Under the pieces are notes generated by a model. The model saw only the letters and a list, made by a program, of their open reading frames with translations, searched no databases and was not told where the DNA came from. Shown piece after piece: positions 22,270 to 33,270 of a stretch of DNA of 64,000 bases (positions are counted from its first letter, which is position 1; every line of letters begins with the position of its first letter). The DNA lies in NCBI GenBank assembly GCA_963726195.1, contig CAVSBO010000003.1:608001-672000 (forward strand). The letters run 5' to 3'. Origin of the DNA: Candidatus Thorarchaeota archaeon. Its GTDB lineage: Archaea > Asgardarchaeota > Thorarchaeia > Thorarchaeales > Thorarchaeaceae. The translations under genes and the position numbers were made by a program.

Positions 22270-25200
22270 TTACTTCTTCCTGACCAAGAACAGCATTAGC
22301 ACGACCAAGATACCGACACCAATGCCGCCGAACAGACCAATCCAAAGTGGATCGATTCCGCCGGTAACAGGAGTTGTGGTTGTTGTGGTAGTCGTAGATG
22401 TAGTGGTTGTTGTCGTAGTTGTGGTGACCGTACCAGCCGTGAACGACGCAGACGCCCTTACAGCGGTAAGTCCAGGCCAGTAGCTGCCGTAAGCAGCTGC
22501 GTGGTAGGCTGGATCATCGTCATACACAGTGATTCTCACTATGTATGTGCCTTGCGTGAACCCTGTCGAGTCCCACGTGTAGCTAGTCGTGTTAAGGTAG
22601 CCTGCTAGTAGCTGGAACGTGACACCGCCGTCTGACGAAATGGCTAGGTCGTAGAAGTGCTGGTCGCCTGAGTTGAGGTCAGAGACACTCCAAGTGATTG
22701 TCTTGACCGCTCCAGACCCACTGACCGACACTGGGCCAAGGTGTGGGTAGAGGAAGTTGTCAGTCTCGACCGTAATCGAGTCTGAGTACTTGAAGTTGGT
22801 ACCAGTATCGACGGAGACCAACACAGCGGTAGAGCAGTTGGATTGCAGAGGGTAGGTGTCAACCTCAGCTGTATTGCTATAGGCTGATTTTCCGACGCCG
22901 GTTCGCGTGTCAACAGTGACATACGCGCTACCAGCCTCACGGGAGTAGTCGAATAGGCCTACAGCAAGAGTGCCAGCCCTGTCAGCAAGGAAGGAACCGT
23001 ATTCAGGTACTGCGCCAGTAGCCAGCTTCTCGCCAAACAGGTCGGAGGCGGCTGTCCAAGTGGTGTTGTCAGTGTCCGCCCAGTACGACAGGATATCAAC
23101 ATCGGTGACGTCGAAATCAACTGTCAGTCTGACGTTGTCACCTGCCTTGATGCCGGGCACATAGACCCAGACGAATTCGTTGAGGTGCAGCATGCCACTG
23201 TACGGGCTGTAGCCGCTTGTTGGAATATGCAGCGCGTGGGTGCCCGTGAAGAGGAGACCCTTCAGGACCTGCAGACTGATTCCTGTTACCTTGTAGTCTG
23301 GCATATTGGTGAGCACAGCGTCAGTCCATGTTGCATTCATTCTGACATGGTCACCCACAGCCTTACCGCCGTCGGTCACGACTGTGTATGAAGGACTGTC
23401 AATAGAGCGCCAAGAGTATGTTACGGTAGGCGCTGGTACCTCTGTCCAACACATCACCTTGAGGGTGAAGTTGGAGGGCAGCTGCTCATAGTAAAGCTCG
23501 TTGGTGGTCACATAGACTAGGTAGTCTCCTGGAACCGCCGACAGCTCTCCTATCGCAGACGCACTAACGCTCGAAGTCTTGTTGGCATCCGTTGAAGTCC
23601 CTAACTCCACGCCAGTCATGCTGACTATTGCCACATCGAAGCTGCTGGCCGCATTAGCCCATTCTACCTTCGCACCAATGTACTTGGCCGAGGTGTCGCT
23701 GACATGCACAATGAAAGCGTGGTGGTCAGCTGACTGCGTTGTATAGTAGTAATCCTGGCTAACGAAGCTTGCACCGTCTTCCATTGGGTTCAGCACATTG
23801 CCGTACCCGCTGGCCACGGTTGTCTCCGAACCATCTGCAGTCGCGACTTCAGCGCTCACAAAGTACGAGTATGGAATCAGGTAGTTGGTTGCACCTTCTG
23901 CCACCAAGTAGCCCTCATGGACTCCTGGCTCTGCGTCGTTAGGAACTGTCAGATCGACTGACAAGCCGCCAGCTACGTTGTTACTGACTGCAAGCTCGCC
24001 GTTGCTGACCGGCTTCCAAGTGATGATGGTGACATTCACGTCGGTGCCGCTAGTGTACGGCCACTTCCAGATCGATTGATCGTGTATAGCCACAATTGGC
24101 GTGTTCGTCGGGAAGAGACTGCCGACTCCAGATGGACTGCTAAGGTCCATCCTGATGGTGTGCTGAGCGCCACCATACTGAATCCTTGTCAACTCATCAC
24201 CGTGACCGGTTGTCGGGTTGTAGTAGTCAGGTACTCCGTTCGCTGGGTCTGTGTCACTCCAATCAAAGACAAACGCGTAGAACTTGGCAGTGTAAGCCGT
24301 GGGAACAGGATTGAGGCTCGTAGGACCGCCAATCAGAATCGTAGCAAATGGAGCGGCAGCGAAGTTTGAGTAGGCAGTATCTAACTCAGTTTGAAGGTCA
24401 AACCACCCTGCCTTGATGCTGTTCGATCCTGTTGATGTGGTCTCGTTGTAGATGTAGGTGTTCCAGATACCGTGCCAGACATTGTCAACCTCATAGTTCT
24501 GGCTGTCCCATGTGAAGTCGGTCGCGTCGACATCGGTCGTGTCCGCATATACCCCTGCCATTGACAGAGACACTGTGGCACCTGGCGATACGACACCGTA
24601 GTACAAGGTTGCGTCGAGGAAGTCAGTTGGCATTGCAGTGCTGTTGATGAAGAGACCGGAATTCTCACCTTCCCATCCCGTCGAGCCATCCATGTAGTGG
24701 GCCCAAGCCACATCTATAACGGCTCCGTAGTTGATTGTGGAGTCGTAAGTGCCCCAAACAACGCCTGAACCAGCTCCATCGAGGTATTGCACAGCAGCAT
24801 AGGCGTCAATCCGACCGTGTCCCTGGGCCATTCCATCGAGGCCAAGGTCTACGGCTGTGCTCTCTATGACGACCTTGTACGCATCAGGCCTGGCAACTCC
24901 TCCAGTCTCCTGAGCCAACAGAGCTACGGTTCCAGCCACCATCGGACAAGCCATGCTTGTACCAGCGTAAGTAGCGTAGAGTGGGTATGCACCCGGCTCA
25001 ACGTACGCTAGCATGTAGTCAGCATGTCCTGGCACGATACCAAAGGTATTCTGGCCCGGTGCAAGTACATCAGGCTTAGAGTACCCTGTGGATAGCGGAC
25101 CTCTCGATGAGAAGCTCAGCTATCTGATCGTAGCCTTGGTTAGGACCGTAGGCGTTCTCGTAGGTGTGGTAGCTTGTGGACGCACCAACTTGGAGAATCT

Positions 25201-27091
25201 GTGCTGCACAAGGCGCGCCGATTGTTGCATAGCCTGGACCTGAGTTGCCCGCTGCGAAGCAGTAGAGCATTCCTGGGTAGCTCACATCGAAGAATCCCGG
25301 AGTCGACAATGCCGCATACATCAGTGAGTACAGCGGCTGCAACTCAATGTACTGCGGAGCAACCCAACCCCAAGAGTTGCTTGACACGACAGCCTGGTGG
25401 CCGCTCGTGCTGCTCCATTCAAAGAATCCAGTGCCTGAATTGTAGACAAATCCCGCTTCCCAGATGTTAGCAGCCAAGTGCGATCCAGTTCCGATGACCG
25501 ACTCACCAATGAGCTTGCTGCCGTTTGCCACTCCGTAGAGTTTGTGCTCCTCGCCGTTAAGACCGACAGGATATGAAAGCACACCACGGCCAGCAATCTG
25601 ACCTGAGACAAAAGTGCCGTGAGCACCAGTGTCATACAGGATAGCAACCATTCGTCCACCCAGAGCGAAGCCCGCGACTGGGCCTACTCCGTAGCCAATG
25701 CTCTCCCAAGACGTGCAAATAGCACCGAGGCCGAAGTCAGCGATGCTATCGCCGGTGTAGTCGTGAGCAAGCACAACATGGTCAAGTCCAAGATTGCCAT
25801 CGTTGCTGTACCATTCATCGTTTACTAGGTTGTCAGTGAAGTTCCAGTCACCAAGGTTCTCGATGTAGTTGCGGTCAGCTGTGACATTGAAGTCGAGTGC
25901 ACCGTAGTTGATGGCCAGGTTCCAGAACTGTGTGTGAGCGTTAGCTGTCTCCCAATCTATGATCAGCCTTGTGCCGTTCATCACAACAGCCGGAGCGAAG
26001 ACCTTCAAGTAGGGATTATTCCTCTGCTGGAAGATGTATCCTGCGAAGAAGACTCGCACAGGAGAAGGCTGACCACCCGAGTATGTGGTAGTGCTGGCAT
26101 TTGGCACTTCCATCCTCTGCCTTACGACATCAGTGTAGAACTCAGTCAGGTTCACTTGGTTAGGATATTCATCGCCCCACCAAGAGGTTAGGTAGAGACT
26201 GACAAAGTCGTCCAATAATCGTAGGCCGTTCAGGTTGTTGACGTTCGGGTTCCATGTTCCAGGTATGTAGATCTTGTGAGTCACTGGATCCACAGTGCTG
26301 AGTCTGTTCCAACTCGATGCAGCAAGCCACTTTGTAGTGTTTGTTACATAGGTCAGGTTGAAACGATACATTGTAAGACCCACACCGTATCCACTCGGAT
26401 CGAAGCCAGAGGGCATGCCTGTCACTGGGTCATAGTACATCGCACCCTGCAAGTCAGGATGGCTGAAGTCGACACCAGTGTCACAGACACCGACCACCTG
26501 ACCGGTTCCAGTATAGCCGTAGTCTGTCACAACTTCGTCTGCGCCAATCAGCTTCTTGTTCTCGTACATGGCGGGCTCATCCGGCAGAGTCGTGATCGTA
26601 GTTGGACGCGCCTCAAGGCCGTCTACTCTTGCCGTGTAGAGTCTGTCCGACAGAACGCCTGCTACACCCTTGTAGTTCTGGAGTCTGTCCAGATTTGCTC
26701 TGTCTACATAGGCACTGACAACGATTGCGACCTTGAAGTCCATCATCCACTTAACATCGACAATCGACTTCAGGCCATCAATGTCCGCGCCCTTCGAAAT
26801 TGCTATCAGGACTGAGGGCTTACCTCCTGCACCGACAGCAACATCTGAAGGAATGACACCAGTGTCCTTGTAGGACGTGAGCAGAGAGTCTAGCTTAGAC
26901 TGAGGACGGGCCTCATCCAAATAATTGACCCAATCCTGCAGAACTGACTCGGTTAGCGACGATGTTGGGACAACCTGCGTGCTAGCTTTGGCTACGGGAG
27001 TAGCAGGAGCAACGGCTGTCATGCCGACAAGCATTGCTACGAGCAGCGCCATAGCCGCAACATTTCGTAGGTTATTCATTTTCCATCTCAT
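22270..27091 (-). CDS. Large secreted, membrane-anchored S8 (subtilisin/pyrolysin-like) protease; frameshift near 25100
   Basis: Signal peptide; catalytic D (VCDTGVD), H (AHGTFVSG), oxyanion N (AAGNSG) and S (GTSMACP, second ORF); Thr-rich linker, TM and RKK at the C-terminus. Confidence 0.9.
22373..22429 (-). repeat. Poly-Thr linker (ACN codon run) of S8 protease 1
   Basis: Encodes TTTTTTTTTSTTTTTTTTP with mixed codons, just before the TM anchor. Confidence 0.8.
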
Positions 27092-27396
27092 CCCTCACGC
27101 TGAGCAGAGAACGATGGCAGAGATTAGAATCATCATCGATGACTACATCTCCACCGCATACCTCATGCGTCTGAAACACACGGCCCGACGGGCGAACAGA
27201 CGTCTCTCCTCTAACGCGTTCTCTAAAGCTCGTGTGATTGAATATCAATCGGGCCAATGGCTCTTAATAAGGCTTCTGTCCAAATGAGCACGTAGAAGGG
27301 CAAGATTGGCCGAGTACACGTTTGGTTATTTCGTTCTGGTTGCTAGACTGCCGATGCCGAGACTCAGAAAGCTGCAAACGTATCGTGGTTGAATCC

Positions 27397-28513
27397 TCAG
27401 GTAGCTCTGGTCATTTTCTTTACCGTATCAACGATTTCATGAATCATCATGACGGCGCCAATGATTTCCACCTTGGGCTCCTCGGCAGTCTTTTCCCCAG
27501 TCGGTCGAGAAACCCTGTTAACGGCTTTGCCCAAGCTTTCTATCAGCGTGGCTATGACCTTCTTGGCTTGTGCATCCAGCTTGCTCGATTCAACTTGAGA
27601 TATCAGGTGTGCAAGGTCAGAGATTACACTGTCGGCCACTTCTGTTGCTGTCTCAGCCCGCCGATTCAGGCTTTCGAGCTTGGCTTCGTCAAACTTGAGC
27701 TTGGTCTCAAGTGCTTTCAATGTGGCCTGATCGCCACCGGGAGACACGCTCGGAACCCCTGGCTTCGACTTGAGAGTCGTCATCTCAGACTGCAATGCAC
27801 TGATTCTCTGGTCCTTTTGAGCAATCGTCGCTAGCAGTTCCTCTTCTTTTCCTGCACCAGACTCGGCTTGCGCAGTTGCCGCCCTTCAGCTTGGATTCCA
27901 TATCCGCAAAAGACTTGCTTCCTTCACCGACCTGCGACTCGAGTGTATCTAGCTGGCTCTGGAGAGAAGCGAGCTTGTCCTCGTTCTCCGAGACAAACTC
28001 CTTGAGCCTCTTGTTCTCGCCTTCAAGATTCTGAACTTGGGACTTCGCACCCTTCATCTCTTCATTGGCTGTCTTCAGTTCCTCATTCAACTTCACAAAA
28101 TCAGGGTTCGGAGGAGAAATGATAGTGTAGGCAAAGACGCCAAACAGTACGCACACAATTGTCAGGTACAGCAATCCAACCGCGATTGAACCAAACACTG
28201 CATTTGTCAGACCCTGCAGACCAGTCACGAAAGCCCACCACGAGCCAAAGGTGAATGATGGCGGTGCCCACCATCCTGAACCGAATCCAGCATATAGAAT
28301 CATAAAGAACGACGCTGCAAAGCACACGATTCCCAAGAGTATGAACAGATTCCGACGCATGCCCGCATGAGGAAGATACCTCTGATACAGAATGAATAGC
28401 GTTCCAACGAAAACCAATGGCAGAACATACGGAATGACTGCAACAAGATCGCTCATCGGGAACTGGAAATCAATCTTTCCAACAATGCCTGCTGCTAAGC
28501 CGTACGACATCAA
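27397..28513 (-). CDS. Membrane protein (about 3 TM) with long cytoplasmic coiled coil; frameshift near 27880
   Basis: Hydrophobic N-terminal half, then a heptad-rich region (LNEELKTANEEMK...) continuing into ORF 27397-27795. Confidence 0.65.
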
Positions 28514-28620
28514 GGCGAAACCTCCGTTGGCGTCTTGGGCTAATCAGCAAGCCAGAGCATAAATGTGTTCGTTGTACATGCCCCGTCCGGTGGAAACATC
28601 CCGGACAGGAGCATGCAGGC

Positions 28621-28911
28621 TTACTCTTTCCAGAGCTTCGCCTTTTGGTCTTCGTGCTCTTCAACTGTTATCTCAAGCGACTTGATTAGTCGACACGCTT
28701 CGTCGATGGAAAGAAGAAAGCTTCCTTTGACGTCTCGCTCCTCACCGATCGAGAGCCTAAGCTTTCCGTCATTGACCCAACCTTCCGTCGTCTTCTCAGG
28801 GAGCTGCAGCTGGATTTCCATCCAGGTTCTTCTAGTCTGCCCTGTCTGTCGATCATCGAAGAAGTGCTTAATCTGAAGACGCCGCTCGTAAACAGGCGGT
28901 TTTGAACTCAT
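28621..28911 (-). CDS. Small hypothetical protein
   Basis: 96-aa ORF with protein-like composition and a purine-rich upstream sequence. Confidence 0.6.
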   Translation of the reverse strand: MSSKPPVYERRLQIKHFFDDRQTGQTRRTWMEIQLQLPEKTTEGWVNDGKLRLSIGEERDVKGSFLLSIDEACRLIKSLEITVEEHEDQKAKLWKE

Positions 28912-29097
28912 AGCTGGTTTCTCCTTCTATGTTTGGGGAATTGAATCCCGCGTCTAAGAGTAAGCTCGCACAACAAGATATGTCTTCGTTCCTAGCAGTA
29001 TGTTGGCCCCTGTGGTTCCTAGGAAGCCAACGCGCAATTGCGCCAAGAAAACGCTTATTTGAGAACCACTATTGCAGGAGGCGAAGGGCCTGTGAAA

Positions 29098-31997
29098 ATG
29101 CAAAGAGACTGGACAAATGTCTTGAGAGCATCAATACTGCTGGTTCTCATGCTTACTGCGTCTGTGCCTGCGTTTGTCGTTCAACCGGTTGCAGCCTTGG
29201 GAGCTCATGAATCTCCGAAGATTGCAGGATCACTCGCCGCTGAGATGTCCTCGCAACCAAGCGGACAAATGCTTCCTGTCTTCATGCAGTTCCAAAACGG
29301 GACTGACCCTCAGACCATGCTGGAAGCAATCACCAAGACAACAGCGACAGGGTTCATCATCAGACACGCTTTCCATCTGATTCCGGTTGTGTCTCTCTAT
29401 GCCACAGGCGAGACAATCCGTGAAATGGCCAGCTGCATCATCGTGAACGCTCTGGGATTGGACCAGAAGTGGTACGCCTTGGACCTAGACACACCGTCAA
29501 ACTACTTGCATGTTTCCTCATCCACGGACTACCAAGGCCCTGAAGATATATTGAACGCGAACGACCTCTGGTCACAGGGTTACAACGGTACTGGTATCAA
29601 GGTAGCCATCATCGACACGGGCGTCCAGTCAACACACCCCGATTTTCAGCATTGCCTGATCGGTTTTCGTGATTTCATTAACGGTCTCGACGACATGGAT
29701 CCTTCTAACGGAATTACTGCATACGATGACAACGGCCATGGCACAGCTTGCGCTTGGCTGATTGCAGGCTCCGGTCAAGCCAGCGAAGGAGCATTCAAAG
29801 GAATAGCGCCTGGCGCCAGTCTGCTGGTTGAAAAGGCTCTCCAGAGCGATGGGACGGGAGACGACTCAGTGATAGCACAGGCAATCGAGTTTGCCGTTGA
29901 TCATAATGTAGCCGTTGTCAGCCTGAGCCTTGGCGGACCATGGCAAGACTCGAGTGTCACGGAGCCCTCAGTTCTTGCTTTGCGCAATGCAGTCGCTGCA
30001 GGAGTCACTGCAGTAGTTGCCGCGGGTAATGACGGACCTGCTCCGCTTTCCGTAGACTCTCCGGGAATCGCCGAGGAAGCGATAACCGTTGGTGCTTCAG
30101 TTGGAAATGCGACCGTCGTGTCGTTCAGCAGCCGAGGACCAGTCGAGCGCACTCTCACACAACCTATCGGACTGAGCGCAAAGCCCGACATTGTCGCCCC
30201 AGGATACAGATCGTCTCAGGAAGAGCCTCTGGGGCAAGCACAACAGAGTTTCCCTTCTATAACTCCTCACAGTACGGGACCAGTTATGCTGTCTGGTCAG
30301 GTACGTCTGCATCAGCGCCTGAAATCGCGGGCCTAGTCGCCATACTGATGAACAAGTATGTGGGACTCACCCCCGTCGAGGCCAAGGCTTTTCTTATGGC
30401 AGGAGCAACCGACCTTGGAGACGACCCGACGGCCGAAGGCTATGGGTTGGCCAACGCCTCAAAATCCTCAGAACTCATTCAAACCACCTCGCGAATAATC
30501 TCCATTCTAACCCCTCACAAGTATCCGACTCTGCCAGGGGGTGACCATGTTTACATTGTGGGTGAACAGAGAGAAGAACAAGTCGTGAGCGTCATATCGA
30601 CTGTATCACTAGGACAACTGGCGATAGTGGCTAACGGCAACGCTAGCACGTTTGTCAACCGCACCGTGAACTCGCTTGCGGTCACCGGCGGTTACACATA
30701 CTTTGGCATTAACCTCAGAATCCCTGATGGTCTGCCTCTCTCTGCAGTAGGGCACTACGTCGGTAACCTCAGTCTTGTTTCAGGCAACACGACTATTGCT
30801 TCGATGAAGCTCGATATGTGGATTACGACTTATGGCGGCCGGGTGCTCGATGACATGACACATCAATCCACTAGCGACATTGACTCTCCTTCCGATTTCC
30901 GCTACTTCGCACAGTACCTCGGAGAACAAGGAATCGAAATCACCGAGTATGGCAGTCCCACCGCCACCATACCAAGATTGATTGATTCTGAAGGACTGTC
31001 TACTGGCGAGACTTTCATGATCGCAGATACGGAGATAGATTACACGCAAAACGAGATTGCCGCGCTTCACACATTCGTCAACAATGGTGGCACGCTTCTA
31101 ATCCTGTCAGAATTCTATAACAGCACAAGCAACCAGGCTAGCTTTGCAATCGATTCGTACAACGAAATCCTCGCTCCGTACGGCATTCAATGCGAAAGGA
31201 TGCAGATAGGTGTAGGTCCGTACAACACGGGTGTCGTTTATGGCGCCGACCATGGCGGTGCTGTGAACTCTAGTCCGCTTACAGACGGGGTCAAGAATCT
31301 GTACATTCTCTATGGGAGTACGCTCTCTGTGAATCCATCAGTTTCCGGAGCACAGGGTCTCGTCTGGGTGGACGCAGGGAGAACACATGCGATTGTAGCC
31401 TCCGCTACGCATGGCCGCGGAAAGGTCATTGCCGTCTCGGACGGTTCCACACTGTATGATAGCGTGTTGTACGAGGCAATCCAAGAAGGCGCCGACAACC
31501 TTAGGCTCATTGAGAACATTGCCACGGCAGTCGTGCCACAGATGCCCCGAATATACGAGACAACGTTCAGTTATCATCGAATAGGACAAATGGCCAATGT
31601 GACCGCCTACGTATTTGACCAAGACCTTGACAACGTCAGCATAACCATCACGAAGGCAGACGGTTCGAACATCACTGCCCCAGTCATCGAATCTCTTGGA
31701 TACAGGTTCGACACATCATTCCTTCTAACTTCAGGTGGGTTCCTTGAAATAATCGTCTCGGCCACAGACAAAAGCGGAAACTCAAGAACCTACGAAGTCA
31801 TGATACTTATACCGGTGGACGTGGTCAACGACATATTCCTACAGGACGTGATTTACGTCATGCTAGGTGTGGTTGTGATTGGGCTTGCTTACGTGGGACT
31901 ACTGAAGCTGGGTTCGGGTAGGAGAATCAGCCGCAGAGCGGAAGAAGCATGGGAAGTGCCGGTTGAGGGTGGAGGATCGCCCCCATCTATCCAATAG
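29098..31997 (+). CDS. Membrane-anchored S8 protease with DUF4350/GATase-like C-terminal domain; frameshift near 30210
   Basis: AIIDTG, NGHGT, AAGNDG, FSSRGP and KPDIVAPG. The catalytic Ser motif WSGTSASAP lies at about 30295 in the downstream frame. 'EIAALHTFVNNGGTLLILSE' domain; C-terminal TM. Confidence 0.85.
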
Positions 31998-33270
31998 GAC
32001 CAAGTCTAGTCTCTAAGAGTTTCTTCCCTCTTTCATGTCTGGACTCCAACAGAGGTTGGTCGTCAAGCTTGGCTCCTGATTGAATCCTTTCCATTATCTG
32101 GTATCCGACGACCGATCCCATTCTCGGAGTTAGGACTTGCCCACCTATCAGTCGCCCGTCATCAGTTGTCACGAGTGCAGCCTTGAGACATTCTGCTGGA
32201 TCATCCAGATACTGAACCCTTGTCTCGACGCCCACATCGGCGGCAGTCACGGACGAATGGCCGACACAGACTATGTCAACCCCAAAGAGTCTGTCGTACT
32301 GGAGTCTCAAGAACACATCAGGATAGGTCTTCTCTCTCCCAGCGGCACACGCACCTGCCTGACGCCCAGCACGTGCTGCCGCGCTTCCGACAGGCATGAG
32401 AATCGGCTTGCCAGTGAGCGTGTCTTTCATCTCCACGCAATCTCCGACAGCATAGACACCTGGCGATGAGCTTTCCATCTTCGAGTCGACCACGACACCG
32501 CCGAGCGGACCAATTGCGAGGCCGAGGTCTCGCGCAAGGCCGACGTTGGGTACGACTCCGGTCATGAACATAACAGCATCTGCGCGGATTGTCTCGTCCT
32601 CTGTCACCAACCCTGTGACTCGATCCTGGCCGATCACTGATTGTGGAGACTTGGACATGTGCCAATGAATATCATGCGGCATTCGGGCAACCAGCTCTGC
32701 ACTCATTGATTCTTCCATCAGTCTACGCAGCACTCTTGATCTAACGACTACGTGCACTTCTTTCTTGAGACGGCGAAGTCTCTCTGCAGTCTCCAGCCCG
32801 CTGAACCCCGCACCGACAATGACGACGGATTCTGCTGACTTCAGAGACTCAGAAATGCGCCGAGTGTCCGCTAGACTCTGGGTTGTGAAGACACCGGGCA
32901 GGTTTACACCAGGTATCTCGGGAACAACGGGTTTCCCGCCCGTGGCCAAGACGAGACGATCAAAGGCGACTCTGCTCAGATGGCCTTTGAAATCGCTTAC
33001 GTCCAAGTACCCCGACTTGACATCGCCTCCAACCACCGAAACGCCCATGACCACTTCGATGTTCCTTTTCGAGAATGAGGCAGTGGACCAGTCAGGAATG
33101 AAGAGATCATCGGAATTAGGAGATTCTAGAGCGAGAGATATGCCGGGTCTTCTATGTGATTCGATTCGTTCTTCCGTGAGCACCGTGACCTGTGATTCGG
33201 GTGACAGCATCCTAGCAGCATAGGCCGCCGCTGTTCCCCCCGGTCCATAGCCCACGACTACTATACTCAT
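31987..33270 (-). CDS. FAD-dependent pyridine nucleotide-disulfide oxidoreductase family protein
   Basis: VVVGYGPGG, LVLATGG, IVGAGFSGLE and YAVGDC. The start overlaps the upstream stop (TGATG). Confidence 0.88.
   Translation of the reverse strand: MSIVVVGYGPGGTAAAYAARMLSPESQVTVLTEERIESHRRPGISLALESPNSDDLFIPDWSTASFSKRNIEVVMGVSVVGGDVKSGYLDVSDFKGHLSRVAFDRLVLATGGKPVVPEIPGVNLPGVFTTQSLADTRRISESLKSAESVVIVGAGFSGLETAERLRRLKKEVHVVVRSRVLRRLMEESMSAELVARMPHDIHWHMSKSPQSVIGQDRVTGLVTEDETIRADAVMFMTGVVPNVGLARDLGLAIGPLGGVVVDSKMESSSPGVYAVGDCVEMKDTLTGKPILMPVGSAAARAGRQAGACAAGREKTYPDVFLRLQYDRLFGVDIVCVGHSSVTAADVGVETRVQYLDDPAECLKAALVTTDDGRLIGGQVLTPRMGSVVGYQIMERIQSGAKLDDQPLLESRHERGKKLLETRLGPIG

Noticed and set aside
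22235-22483. Poly-Val ORF on the plus strand
   Set aside because: It is the antisense shadow of the protease poly-Thr linker.
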